A DNA stretch of 64,000 nt from Candidatus Omnitrophota bacterium (GTDB lineage: Bacteria; Omnitrophota; Gorgyraeia; Zapsychrales; Zapsychraceae): positions 559,286 through 623,285 of the forward strand of contig JBFWOS010000003.1 in NCBI GenBank assembly GCA_050250375.1, read 5' to 3'. The position numbers were made by a program, and so were the translations under genes. Of the stretch, positions 10,427-19,536 are shown in pieces (within the stretch, counting starts at the first letter, position 1; each line of letters opens with the position of its first letter). Under the pieces are notes generated by a model. It saw nothing but the letters and a program-made list of their open reading frames with translations, searched no databases and was not told the origin of the DNA.

Positions 10427-10640
10427 ATTTTTCCTGGATCTGTTTTAACGTTAGCTGCTGTTTTTGCAATCGTCTGATTTTTTTTAGCTGTGCACAGGTT
10501 GCATCATTAAAATACCGGATATTTGTTTCTTTGGACCGGCCGATTTCTTTCAACAGCCCCATACGCAAGTAATATTTGAGGGTATGGGTCGGGCATCCGC
10601 TGAGTTTGGATAAATCCTTGAGTAAATAGATTGTTTGCAT
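10398..10640 (-). CDS. Small MerR-family helix-turn-helix regulator
   Basis: 80 aa. N-terminal HTH resembling MerR/excisionase family (LLKDLSKLSGCPTHTLKYYLRMGLL). Lies directly upstream of the secretin gene on the same strand. Confidence 0.5.
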   Translation of the reverse strand: MQTIYLLKDLSKLSGCPTHTLKYYLRMGLLKEIGRSKETNIRYFNDATCAQLKKIRRLQKQQLTLKQIQEKFEHEENKSS

Positions 10641-10841
10641 AGAACAATGGGCTAGAATTTAATGAAAATCGTATCTGATCTTACGCCTTTATTACCCTAA
10701 ATGCTTCCAGTTATTATATTTAAATAAAGCTGAACTATCCGAGTGGGCAGTTGAGACTTATTCTTATATATTTAGTCCACCCTGTCAAGGTTTTTGTCCT
10801 GCGGCCCCTCAAGTATATTTTTTCTGGACGCTTAAAATATT

Positions 10842-10850
10842 ATCTGTTAT
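10842..10850 (+). promoter_or_regulatory. Candidate extended -10 element (TGtTATAAA) upstream of the 10893 gene
   Basis: tgttataaa sits 43 nt upstream of the ATG. A GAGG Shine-Dalgarno lies 8 nt before the ATG. Confidence 0.3.
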
Positions 10851-10892
10851 AAATGAATTAGTTTTATATAACCCGGTCAACCAGAGGTCTCC

Positions 10893-11282
10893 ATGTTAAT
10901 TGTCTTGTGGTTAATTCTTAGAATCCTGTTTTTTGCCGCTGCGGCCTTCCTTATATATTATTATTTCAAAAACCTGAATCATGACGGAGCTTTTGATACA
11001 TTCAAAAATGGAATAAAAACCGCCTTCAAGGACTGCGGGTTTAATGTCAAAACCAAAGACAGCGGTTATTCGATTGAACTATACAAATGGACCATCAATG
11101 AAAATGATGAGGTCTGTGAAGAAGCGCTGGACCGCGCGACCTGGCCGGCCATGGATATTGCCGACTGGATGAAAGAGGGCCTGCCCCGCTCAGCCGATGG
11201 GACTTCATTATGCGGACGCAATTGCCGGTGCAAACTGAACCGGTATAAGGTCAGACGATCACGGCAACCAAAATCCTTTTAA
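10893..11282 (+). CDS. Hypothetical small membrane protein
   Basis: 129 aa. N-terminal transmembrane helix (LIVLWLILRILFFAAAAFLIYYYF) and a Cys-rich tail (CGRNCRC). 9-nt gap to the downstream response regulator suggests an operon. Confidence 0.45.
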   Translation: MLIVLWLILRILFFAAAAFLIYYYFKNLNHDGAFDTFKNGIKTAFKDCGFNVKTKDSGYSIELYKWTINENDEVCEEALDRATWPAMDIADWMKEGLPRSADGTSLCGRNCRCKLNRYKVRRSRQPKSF

Positions 11283-11290
11283 CATTCCCT

Positions 11291-11701
11291 ATGCTGAATA
11301 TCCTCATAGCTGAAGATGATCCGGCTGATGCCCAGAAATTGGTTCAGGGCCTGTCCGGTGTGGCCGACTGTCATGTGACCAAAGACGGGACGGAAACAAT
11401 CGAACTTTATAAATCTTCCATCAAAGATAATTTACGGTTTGATTTTATTTTGCTGGATGTCCAGCTCCCCCGCATAAACGGTTTTGATATCTTAAAGACG
11501 ATCCGTAAGCTGGAAGAATCCCGTCAAGAAATCCCATCCAGAGAAACAAAGGTGATCATGATCACGACTTACAAAGACTCCCTGATGGAAAATTACAATA
11601 TGGGGTGGGATGATTTTATGTCAAAACCCGTCGATATCGCTATCCTAAAAACCCGCTTGAAAGAATTAAATCTGACCCGCAAAAAATCCGAACTTTCCTG
11701 A
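11291..11701 (+). CDS. Single-domain response regulator (CheY-like receiver)
   Basis: 136 aa. Receiver-domain landmarks: acidic pocket EDDPAD, phospho-acceptor Asp in ILLDVQLP, and T...K region. No output domain. Confidence 0.75.
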   Translation: MLNILIAEDDPADAQKLVQGLSGVADCHVTKDGTETIELYKSSIKDNLRFDFILLDVQLPRINGFDILKTIRKLEESRQEIPSRETKVIMITTYKDSLMENYNMGWDDFMSKPVDIAILKTRLKELNLTRKKSELS

Positions 11702-13059
11702 GGGGGTTCAATCAATTCCTGAAGATGTTCGATCCGGTCCTTCTGCATATCAATAATTTTCTGGTCCTGGCTCGTTTCGACAATCTTTTGACGGATGGCC
11801 AGGGCCTCATGATACTCTCCCAAAAGCTCAAGCACCTCCGCTTTGGTATCCAGATAAGCATCCGTATCCGGAGATAACTCAAGCGCGCGGTCAATGAGCC
11901 GCAAGGCCTCGTCGACTTTAATATTCTCCTGGGAATAAAGCCAGGCCAGGTCGTTATACGCCGCCGAAAAATCGGGTTTTTGGACGATACTTTTGAGCAA
12001 TAATTCTTCTTTCTGGGTGGTATCCAGAAAAGTATACTTTGCCTGGTATTCAAAATAGTAGGGATTATTCAGCGTTAAGATGACTACAGGAACAATCGTA
12101 ACCCCTATGTTATAAATATAATGCAGAACCAGCCCTGCTTGAGTTGTCCCGCTCCACGCCCGTAACAAAGTCAGGGTGAACGCCAATAAGGTAACCATCA
12201 GGATCGCTAACCAGTCCCCCCAATATTGCCCGATATGAAGCAGGGCAAATGATCCAGCGATGACATAGATAGCAAAGCGTTGCCCTTTCACTTTCTTAAA
12301 AATATGAAAAGAATAGCCCCGAAAGACGATTTCCTCAAATAACGGCGCGACAAACCAGGCCCAGGCGATAAAGATGATCAAAATCAACGGTGACCCGGCT
12401 GTTGAAATAACTTCGGCCATCGGGGTCGACGGATTGTTCTCTCCCCGGTTGATCACAATCAGCGATGAAAAGCCGACAAAAAATATCCCCAGGATGACCG
12501 GAACGAGAACGCTTTTGATTTTAGAAACGTCTTTCCGAAAACCGACATTTAACCAAAAACCTTCCGGTGAAAAATTGATGGCCGACCGGTAAATAAAGAC
12601 CAGTGATAAAATGGATAAAAAAATAATCGAGATCATCATCCGGCTGATCTCAGATAAATCCAGTGAAGCATATTTGAGCATGCCTTCGAAAATGATTTCA
12701 AATAACATAGAGCTGTAGAGGCTTAAGATTACAACCTTGAACCATTCAAACAGTGTGTACGCCTTCGTAACACTGTCCTGGCCGATTAAGAAATCCAGGG
12801 GCTGATCGCGGTCCGTGTATAAAAATACACTCCGTTTGGATAAATAAACCGGGACCAGACCGGCCAGAAAGAAATAGACCAGCAAATTAAAGGGCTTATT
12901 AAAAAAACCGGCCAGCAAAATTGCCCCGCAAAAAGAGACGACAGCAACGGCCATCGGTAACCGGAATACATTATAAAAATGTTCCGGGTTATAACGCCTC
13001 AAGAGTTGTGCGTCCCAAAAGATAATTACAAATAATAAGATACTGGAAAACACATCCAT
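11593..13059 (-). CDS. CPBP-family (CAAX protease-like) intramembrane metalloprotease fused to C-terminal TPR repeats
   Basis: Polytopic membrane protein with CPBP motifs EEIVFRGY and FALLHIGQY. The C-terminus has TPR-like repeats (AYNDLAWLYSQENIKVDEALRLIDRALELSPD). The preferred start is the ATG at 13059, with a GAGGAGG Shine-Dalgarno 12 nt upstream and 2 nt after the upstream gene's stop. The track ORF starts at 13131. Confidence 0.65.
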   Translation of the reverse strand: MDVFSSILLFVIIFWDAQLLRRYNPEHFYNVFRLPMAVAVVSFCGAILLAGFFNKPFNLLVYFFLAGLVPVYLSKRSVFLYTDRDQPLDFLIGQDSVTKAYTLFEWFKVVILSLYSSMLFEIIFEGMLKYASLDLSEISRMMISIIFLSILSLVFIYRSAINFSPEGFWLNVGFRKDVSKIKSVLVPVILGIFFVGFSSLIVINRGENNPSTPMAEVISTAGSPLILIIFIAWAWFVAPLFEEIVFRGYSFHIFKKVKGQRFAIYVIAGSFALLHIGQYWGDWLAILMVTLLAFTLTLLRAWSGTTQAGLVLHYIYNIGVTIVPVVILTLNNPYYFEYQAKYTFLDTTQKEELLLKSIVQKPDFSAAYNDLAWLYSQENIKVDEALRLIDRALELSPDTDAYLDTKAEVLELLGEYHEALAIRQKIVETSQDQKIIDMQKDRIEHLQELIEPPQESSDFLRVRFNSFKRVFRIAISTGFDIKSSHPIL

Positions 13060-13061
13060 CG

Positions 13062-14042
13062 CTAAGCCGCCCTCCTCAATTTGGCGATAAAAAAACCATT
13101 CATAAAATCGTCGGGGAGGATCCTGAGGCAATTAGAAACTTCCGGAGAAAAGGTCAACTCTCCCCAGCGCTCCACCGCCGGATATGTATCTACGCGTGTG
13201 AATTCAGCGGTCGATATTCTTTCGGCAAAAAAACGCCCCTTCTCTTTTCTCAGAAACCAGTCAACCACCTGTTCATTTTCTTCCGGGGCAAACGTACAGG
13301 TCGAGTAGACTAATAAACCTCCGGGTTTCAGCCAGCGCGCGGCGTTGAGCAAAATCCCTTTTTGTTTTTTCCGCATTTCCCTGATCTTGCGCAGACTCCA
13401 GTAAGCAAAAGATTTTTTGTCCGACGGATCAAAACGGCCTTCAGAACTGCACGGGGCGTCCACCAGAATTTTATCAAACGCCAGGCCCTGCGCCCTGTAT
13501 TTTCGCGCATCCATCAGTACCGTCTTAATATTTCCCGCCCCCTGCAACTGGATCACTGATTTAAGTTTAAACATCCGCTGCCTGACTCCTTCAATCGCCA
13601 GAATTTCTCCCGTGTTATTCATCATCTGGGAGATCTGGGTCGTTTTACTTCCCGGAGCGGCGCACGCATCGAGAATAATCTCTCCGGGCCGCGGGTTCAG
13701 GACTACCGGGACCAGCAGACTGGACAAGCCTTGACGATAAACCGCGCCTTCTTCCTCCAGATTTCTTAACTCGTTTAAATTGTCACCATTTTTGATGATA
13801 AAGGCATTTACGAACCACGGAACCTCTTCAATACTCAACCCCGATTGTGTAATCCTTGCGAGGATGACTTCTCTAGATTGACCGGTATTGACCCGGAACG
13901 TAATAAACTTTTCTGTCCCGAACGACCGAATGACTTTTTCATACAGACCGGCAGGAATGATCTGCTTTAATCGATCAATAAAATCTGACGGGAGCAATTT
14001 TTCTGTTTCGGTCGTTATTATTTCTTCCATTCTATTTTCCAA
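13062..14042 (-). CDS. RsmB/RsmF (NOL1/NOP2/Sun) family rRNA cytosine-C5 methyltransferase
   Basis: 326 aa. SAM-binding DACAAPGSKT and catalytic DAPCSSEG / TCT motifs are characteristic of the Sun/RsmB/RsmF family. Confidence 0.8.
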   Translation of the reverse strand: MENRMEEIITTETEKLLPSDFIDRLKQIIPAGLYEKVIRSFGTEKFITFRVNTGQSREVILARITQSGLSIEEVPWFVNAFIIKNGDNLNELRNLEEEGAVYRQGLSSLLVPVVLNPRPGEIILDACAAPGSKTTQISQMMNNTGEILAIEGVRQRMFKLKSVIQLQGAGNIKTVLMDARKYRAQGLAFDKILVDAPCSSEGRFDPSDKKSFAYWSLRKIREMRKKQKGILLNAARWLKPGGLLVYSTCTFAPEENEQVVDWFLRKEKGRFFAERISTAEFTRVDTYPAVERWGELTFSPEVSNCLRILPDDFMNGFFIAKLRRAA

Positions 14043-14180
14043 TCATTACTTTTACATAAGCCCGATGGTTAAGCCATAAAAAGACAAAATCTGCGTCTAT
14101 TCATAAGACCGTATTATAAATCCTTAACCAGGATTTCGTAACAGAAATATTACCATTGCTTTTGATAGATTGTTTTATAA

Positions 14181-14192
14181 CGTGCATATGCA
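14181..14192. promoter_or_regulatory. Perfect 12-bp palindrome GTGCATATGCAC in the intergenic region upstream of the rsmB/F-like gene
   Basis: Shares the GCATATGC core with a 14-bp palindrome upstream of mutS. Function unknown. Confidence 0.2.
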
Positions 14193-14213
14193 CATTAAAA
14201 ATTAAAAAATTTT

Positions 14214-14678
14214 TTAGATTTCCTGAATGGTCGCCACGGCTTCATTTAATTCTTTGCACATAAGCTCCATCCGTTCCTTTCCCAATTTCTGGGAGACTTT
14301 TTGCTGGAATTCCCTAAAAATATTAAAAGATTGATCACAAAGATCATTGCCTTTATCCGTAAGCAGGATCAGCCGGGAACGTTTGTCATCTCCGACCTTT
14401 ATTTTGATAAGCCCATCCCGTTCAAGCGGTTTCAGATTTCTGGTAATGGTGGTCCGGTCGGTGGCCATGGCCTGCGATAGTTGCGATACACTCATGGATC
14501 CAATCATCCGTAAAGACGTGAGGATGGAAATCTGGCTGGCTGTTAAACCGATACCCCTGAACATGTGGTCATAAATTTGGGTAATGGCCCGCGCCGCTTT
14601 CCTGAGGTTAAAACAGATGCAGGGACTTTCATTGGCAAATTGGTTGATTTTGACTTCTTTATCCGGTACCGGCCCCAT
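14214..14678 (-). CDS. MarR-family transcriptional regulator
   Basis: 154 aa. Winged-helix region (LTASQISILTSLRMIGSMSVSQLSQAMATDRTTITRNLKPLERDGLI) typical of MarR. Confidence 0.7.
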   Translation of the reverse strand: MGPVPDKEVKINQFANESPCICFNLRKAARAITQIYDHMFRGIGLTASQISILTSLRMIGSMSVSQLSQAMATDRTTITRNLKPLERDGLIKIKVGDDKRSRLILLTDKGNDLCDQSFNIFREFQQKVSQKLGKERMELMCKELNEAVATIQEI

Positions 14679-14783
14679 AAGGTGGCATCCTCCTCGATAA
14701 ATTGGAGTATATACACCTTAAATATCTTTGTCAATATGAAAAGTGAGGCCCCATCTCACACCCGCAGAGCCGAAGAGAAGGAG

Positions 14784-15224
14784 TTAAAACGGATCGTAGC
14801 CCATTTTCTGGCATACGCCGCCGCAAGGAAAGCAGGAAATGCGTCCATCACTGATCAGGATGATCTCATACTGGAAGCTCCCGTTCACCACTTTATGCAT
14901 GTGAGCTAAGGAATTCACGATATTGGCCCCGCAAATAATATTTTGCTGTTGGGGATAAATGATGAAATTTTGAAGGGTGGGGATAGTGATATCCAGCTGG
15001 GAAATGTTGGTCGCAAAAACACCATGGTCCAGTTGATATTCTTTTTCAGCCACCCAGATGGCCCGAAGGATTTGTTCGGCCTCCTGGTTTTCTCCGCGCC
15101 TGAGCTGCAGCGAATAATTAGGAACAAGCAACGATAACAAAACGCTTAAAATGATCACGACAGCGATGATCTCGTAAATACTAAATCCTTTGGTGTTCTC
15201 AAATTTATGAGTGGATAAATTCAT
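14784..15224 (-). CDS. Type IV pilin/pseudopilin-like protein with prepilin-type N-terminal cleavage/methylation signal
   Basis: Leader MNLSTHKFENTKG followed by FSIYEIIAVVIILSVLLSLLV. This gives Gly at -1, Phe at +1 and Glu at +5, the class III signal. The preferred start is the ATG at 15224, with a GAGGA Shine-Dalgarno 7 nt upstream. The track start is the TTG at 15239. Confidence 0.75.
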   Translation of the reverse strand: MNLSTHKFENTKGFSIYEIIAVVIILSVLLSLLVPNYSLQLRRGENQEAEQILRAIWVAEKEYQLDHGVFATNISQLDITIPTLQNFIIYPQQQNIICGANIVNSLAHMHKVVNGSFQYEIILISDGRISCFPCGGVCQKMGYDPF

Positions 15225-15252
15225 ATTGCGATTCCTCAAATTAATTATGAGT

Positions 15253-15264
15253 ATAACACACTCC
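15253..15264 (-). promoter_or_regulatory. Candidate extended -10 promoter (GTGTGTTATACT on the minus strand) for the prepilin-like gene
   Basis: The same 12-mer recurs upstream of the next minus-strand gene at 16659-16670. It lies about 29 nt upstream of the ATG at 15224. Confidence 0.4.
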
Positions 15265-15377
15265 CGAACGGGAGAAATATAATAGATAGAAAATTTGTGG
15301 GGAAACGATTAAAGGGTTCCCCAACGCCCGATAACCGGCGGACGCCGGGGAAAAAATTTCTTTATAAAATGCGGGGT

Positions 15378-16493
15378 TTATTCCGGACTGTCTTTTTTCC
15401 GAAGGGTATTAACCTCATGCACAACCTGATTGAGCAGCTGCTCCCGTTCTTCCAGAAGGCTGGAAATATGCCGGCGGGATACCTCCAGTTCCTCTTCCAG
15501 ACACGCCAATAAAATATCCTGTTCTTTTAGCCGGGAGGCCTTCACGATTAACTGGTCCTGGGTTTCATCCAGTTTATTCTCCAGAAACTTCATATAACTG
15601 TTTTCTTCACTAATATAAAAAGCCTGCCCGTCTCCCTTCCTCATAACCTGGGCGTAAACGTCATTGAGATGTTCCGTTACGTCGATCTGGCCGACCAGAT
15701 CTTTTTGAGTCTGGCCCAAATCAATCGCTGTATGGATCAGGTCATCTTTGACCGATTGGAGTTCTATCTCCCGCACGTCCAGATAATCGTCCAGAACCTG
15801 AATCAGTTTGTCCTGATAAGCAAACTGGTCATCATAATCGGCCTGCTCACCGTGTTCCGCCAGCCATAGATGAAAATCCTGTTCGTTCCTGGAACTAAGG
15901 TCAACGGCGGTCTGAAGGTCATGATATCCGCCCTGATCAAACGGACCGTAAATATGACCGGAATCAGGTTGTCCTCCGGGTCCAGACGATAAAGACGTCC
16001 TTTGTGTCCGTACCGGAAACTCATCGGCCCTTGCCTCTTCATCCATCGGTTCAACGATAATACGTTCCCGATAACCATAGTCATATAAATAACTGGCCTG
16101 GTCATGATCCTTCTCATACTGAATCCGCTCCAGACGAAACAGCATCCGGTTAAGTTCGGCATCAAGCCGGGCGACTTCCTGCTGATAGTCACCCAGGGCC
16201 TGGCTCGCCTGGTCAACGATCAGTTGTTTTTTTCTTGGAGAATCGGAAAAAGAATCTGCCGAAGCGCCTAACTGGTAAAGATAATAATGCGCATCTTCAT
16301 TATCCTGTTCAAGCAGAAGCGCCTTTCTGAACTGGCGAATAGCGCCCTCTTCATTCCCCTTATCCAGTTCTTTTACGCCTGATTGGACCAGGTATTGCGC
16401 CGCTCTGTTCTCGGCTTGAGCCGAACTATTGGCGGCGAAATACATCACAAAGAACACAAGCAGGCATCTGAAAATATTAGAATGAGATTTCAT
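15378..16493 (-). CDS. Hypothetical secreted protein with TPR-like and coiled-coil regions
   Basis: 371 aa. Signal peptide MKSHSNIFRCLLVFFVMYFAANSSAQA. One TPR-like unit (EGAIRQFRKALLLEQDNEDAHYYLYQLG). Acidic and coiled-coil-rich remainder. AGGAG Shine-Dalgarno 8 nt upstream of the ATG. Confidence 0.5.
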   Translation of the reverse strand: MKSHSNIFRCLLVFFVMYFAANSSAQAENRAAQYLVQSGVKELDKGNEEGAIRQFRKALLLEQDNEDAHYYLYQLGASADSFSDSPRKKQLIVDQASQALGDYQQEVARLDAELNRMLFRLERIQYEKDHDQASYLYDYGYRERIIVEPMDEEARADEFPVRTQRTSLSSGPGGQPDSGHIYGPFDQGGYHDLQTAVDLSSRNEQDFHLWLAEHGEQADYDDQFAYQDKLIQVLDDYLDVREIELQSVKDDLIHTAIDLGQTQKDLVGQIDVTEHLNDVYAQVMRKGDGQAFYISEENSYMKFLENKLDETQDQLIVKASRLKEQDILLACLEEELEVSRRHISSLLEEREQLLNQVVHEVNTLRKKDSPE

Positions 16494-16658
16494 GCTGTGA
16501 CTCCTTGTTCATAACAAAAACTGCCTGATCAGAAACATTGACTTTTTCGATGGCTGAAGAAAAATAATGATAAAAAATTAAGACCGAAAAATGATCCATC
16601 CACATTTTTATACCTCCTTGCGACCGGGTGTTTCTATGCTCCCATCGCATTGCTTTGA

Positions 16659-16670
16659 AAGTATAACACA
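16659..16670 (-). promoter_or_regulatory. Second copy of the GTGTGTTATACT extended -10-like element, about 166 nt upstream of the 15378..16493 gene
   Basis: Exact 12-mer match to 15253-15264 in the same orientation relative to a minus-strand gene. Confidence 0.35.
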
Positions 16671-16817
16671 CGGCCTTTGGGTGGCAAGATTGGCCGGACC
16701 ACTTTTTTTCGACGAGGAATTGTCAGGATAGTTTTCCACACCCCGTTGTTTCCCGGGCTGTCATAACTCGTTTATTTGAGCTTTCTTTGATCCCATTTTA
16801 AATCGTTCTTTATATTT

Positions 16818-16831
16818 TGAGCATATGCTCA
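16818..16831. promoter_or_regulatory. Perfect 14-bp palindrome TGAGCATATGCTCA about 100 nt upstream of mutS
   Basis: Candidate operator. Shares the GCATATGC core with the palindrome at 14181-14192. Confidence 0.2.
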
Positions 16832-16929
16832 TATGGAAAAATATTTTGAATCGCTGTCATTTTTCCTTTAAATGCTCCTCCGGGCCAGACTATTGCACGC
16901 GCAACTGATTTATGATATAAAACCATTCT

Positions 16930-19536
16930 ATGAATCAATCATCCCCGACCCTTGAACAGACGGCCAGCGGTTCAGCCTCAGAAACACCGATGCTGAAACA
17001 ATACCACGCGCTAAAATCCAAACATCAACACTGCATTTTATTTTTCCGGCTCGGTGATTTCTACGAAATGTTTTATGATGATGCCAAGACCGCGTCCAAG
17101 GTCCTTGATCTTGTCCTCACATCCCGCGGAAAATCCCCGTCGCAGAAAGTCCCGATGTGCGGAATCCCGCACCACGCGGCCCAAAACTATATCGCCCGGC
17201 TTATTAAGGAAGGATACAAAGTCGCTATCTGCGACCAAATGGAAGATCCGGCCCTGGCCAAAGGTATCGTTAAGCGTGATGTAACACGGATCATCACCAA
17301 GGGAACTTACCTGGATGAAAATGATAACCAAACCCGGTATATCCTGGCGCTCAGCCTTGACCATAAAACTGCGGGCATTTCTTTTATTGATCCGGCCAGC
17401 GGAACCATTCAGACAAATCAATTCCCGAACGACCGAAAAATTCTAACCGAGATCATCGCCAATCTTCCGGTATTTGAATGTGTTTTCCCTGAATCATTGA
17501 CTGATCACATCCAACCCTGGTTTGAACAGCCGGTTTTAAAATCTAAAAATATCGTCTTAAGTCCTTTTGATGACTGGTGTTTTAACCCGGATATGACCCG
17601 AAAATCCCTGCTCGATCATTTCCACGTGCACAATCTCGTCGGTTTCGGGATCGAAGAACGGTTGTCGTCTGTATCCAGCTGCGGGGCTTTATTGGAATAC
17701 CTCAAACAGATGAACAAACAACCCGTCCGGCATATCGACAAAATAACATTATATACAAATGAAGACTTTGTTTTCATTTCGCCGGCCGCTCACCGCGGTC
17801 TGGAGTTTGACAACCTGATCAGGACCATTGATTTCACGCAGACCGCTTTGGGCAAACGTAAATTCAAGGACTGGTATTATCATCCGCTCAAATCAAAAGA
17901 ACAGATTGAAGAACGCCAGCAGGCCGTGGCCTTATTGCTGAAGAACCAAACCGTCCGGCACGAATTGGACCCATTGTTAAACAAGATCCCGGACCTTGAA
18001 AAAAATATATCCCGGCTCAGCTGCGGATACACCCACCCGCGGGACCTGATGGCCATCCGCAACACACTGGCCTTATTGCCGCAGCTAAAGACAATCGTCG
18101 AACCGCTGTCCCGGGAAAACATTTATTTCCGCATGGATGATATTAAGGAATTAAGGGAACTTCTCGTCAACGCCGTCAAAGAACAAATCCCGTTGACCAA
18201 TTATGAAGGGCAGGTTTTTAACAAAGGTTATCACTCGGAACTGGATGAATTGCGCGGCCTGCAGGAAAACGGACGTGCCTGGCTTAAAAAATACCAGGAA
18301 ACGGAAATCCGGCGCTCGGGCATTAATTCCCTCAAAATCGGGTTTAATAAAGTCTTTGGTTATTATCTCGAGGTCACCAAGACCAATGTTAAAAATGTCC
18401 CTCAGGATTTTATCCGCAAGCAGACGCTGGCCAACGCCGAGCGTTATATCACCCCGGAATTAAAAGAGTATGAAGAAAAGATCCTGACGGCTCAGGATAA
18501 AATCGCCAGAATCGAACAGACGCTGATTACAGAGTTGCAGCAAAAAATCCTGGAACAGTCCCTGGCCCTGCATCAATTTTGCCAAAGCATCGCGCACATT
18601 GACTGTATTTTTTCCATGGCGCTGCTGGCCGAATCACCGAATTATATTCTCCCGGAGATTTCACACGATGCGGTGATCCGGATCACCGACGGCCGGCATC
18701 CGGTAGTTGAAAATACGACGGCTGAAACTTTTATCGCCAATGACACTCTGCTCGACAGCGATGACAATCAGCTGATTATCCTGACCGGGCCGAACATGGC
18801 AGGAAAATCCACATATATCCGCCAGACCGCACTCTTGGTGATTATGGCCCAGGCCGGCAGTTATATCCCGGCGCGGAATGCCCATATCGGAATCGTTGAC
18901 AAAATCTTTACCCGGATCGGCGCCCACGATGATATCAGCAAAGGCCAATCCACGTTTATGGTGGAAATGAACGAAACTGCCGACATCCTCAACAACATGA
19001 CGGACAAAAGCCTTGTCATCCTGGATGAGATCGGCCGCGGGACATCAACCTATGACGGGCTCTCGCTTGCCTGGGCGCTGGCCGAACACCTGCGGACCAC
19101 CAGCACCCGGACATTATTCGCCACGCATTTTCATGAACTGACCGCGCTCGCCGACGAATACTCTTGTGTAAAAAACTATAATGTCGCTGTCAAAGAATGG
19201 AAAGACGAAATCATCTTCCTGCACAAAATCGTCCCCGGCAGCAGTGATGACAGTTACGGGATATATGTCGCCAAGCTGGCCGGTATCCCGGAAAAAATCA
19301 TCACTCACGCCCGTCAGATTCTAACCCAGCTCGAATTGAATAAAGACCTGAAAGAAGATCTGAAAAGAAATTTCCGGCAAGAAAACCAGCTGAACCTGTT
19401 CTCCTCCGTCAAGGATCCCGCGATGGAAGACATCAAAACCACGCTTCAGCAAATTGATATCAACCGTTTGACCCCGGTCGAGGCGCTGAACCGCCTGGCT
19501 GAACTCAAACAAAAATTGGAAGAACGTCATGAATAA
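16930..19536 (+). CDS. mutS: DNA mismatch repair protein MutS
   Basis: 868 aa. N-terminal mismatch-binding region (PMLKQYHALK..FFRLGDFYEMFYDDA) aligns with E. coli MutS. Walker A GPNMAGKSTYIRQ. C-terminal HTH. The start may instead be the internal Met at 16990. Confidence 0.9.
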   Translation: MNQSSPTLEQTASGSASETPMLKQYHALKSKHQHCILFFRLGDFYEMFYDDAKTASKVLDLVLTSRGKSPSQKVPMCGIPHHAAQNYIARLIKEGYKVAICDQMEDPALAKGIVKRDVTRIITKGTYLDENDNQTRYILALSLDHKTAGISFIDPASGTIQTNQFPNDRKILTEIIANLPVFECVFPESLTDHIQPWFEQPVLKSKNIVLSPFDDWCFNPDMTRKSLLDHFHVHNLVGFGIEERLSSVSSCGALLEYLKQMNKQPVRHIDKITLYTNEDFVFISPAAHRGLEFDNLIRTIDFTQTALGKRKFKDWYYHPLKSKEQIEERQQAVALLLKNQTVRHELDPLLNKIPDLEKNISRLSCGYTHPRDLMAIRNTLALLPQLKTIVEPLSRENIYFRMDDIKELRELLVNAVKEQIPLTNYEGQVFNKGYHSELDELRGLQENGRAWLKKYQETEIRRSGINSLKIGFNKVFGYYLEVTKTNVKNVPQDFIRKQTLANAERYITPELKEYEEKILTAQDKIARIEQTLITELQQKILEQSLALHQFCQSIAHIDCIFSMALLAESPNYILPEISHDAVIRITDGRHPVVENTTAETFIANDTLLDSDDNQLIILTGPNMAGKSTYIRQTALLVIMAQAGSYIPARNAHIGIVDKIFTRIGAHDDISKGQSTFMVEMNETADILNNMTDKSLVILDEIGRGTSTYDGLSLAWALAEHLRTTSTRTLFATHFHELTALADEYSCVKNYNVAVKEWKDEIIFLHKIVPGSSDDSYGIYVAKLAGIPEKIITHARQILTQLELNKDLKEDLKRNFRQENQLNLFSSVKDPAMEDIKTTLQQIDINRLTPVEALNRLAELKQKLEERHE

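Noticed and set aside
16477-16671. 64-aa minus-strand ORF in the long mutS-upstream intergenic region, starting right at the GTGTGTTATACT element
   Set aside because: No Shine-Dalgarno sequence, no recognisable features, and it overlaps the better-supported start of the 15378..16493 gene. More likely 5'-UTR or leader sequence. A leader peptide cannot be excluded, but there is no supporting evidence.
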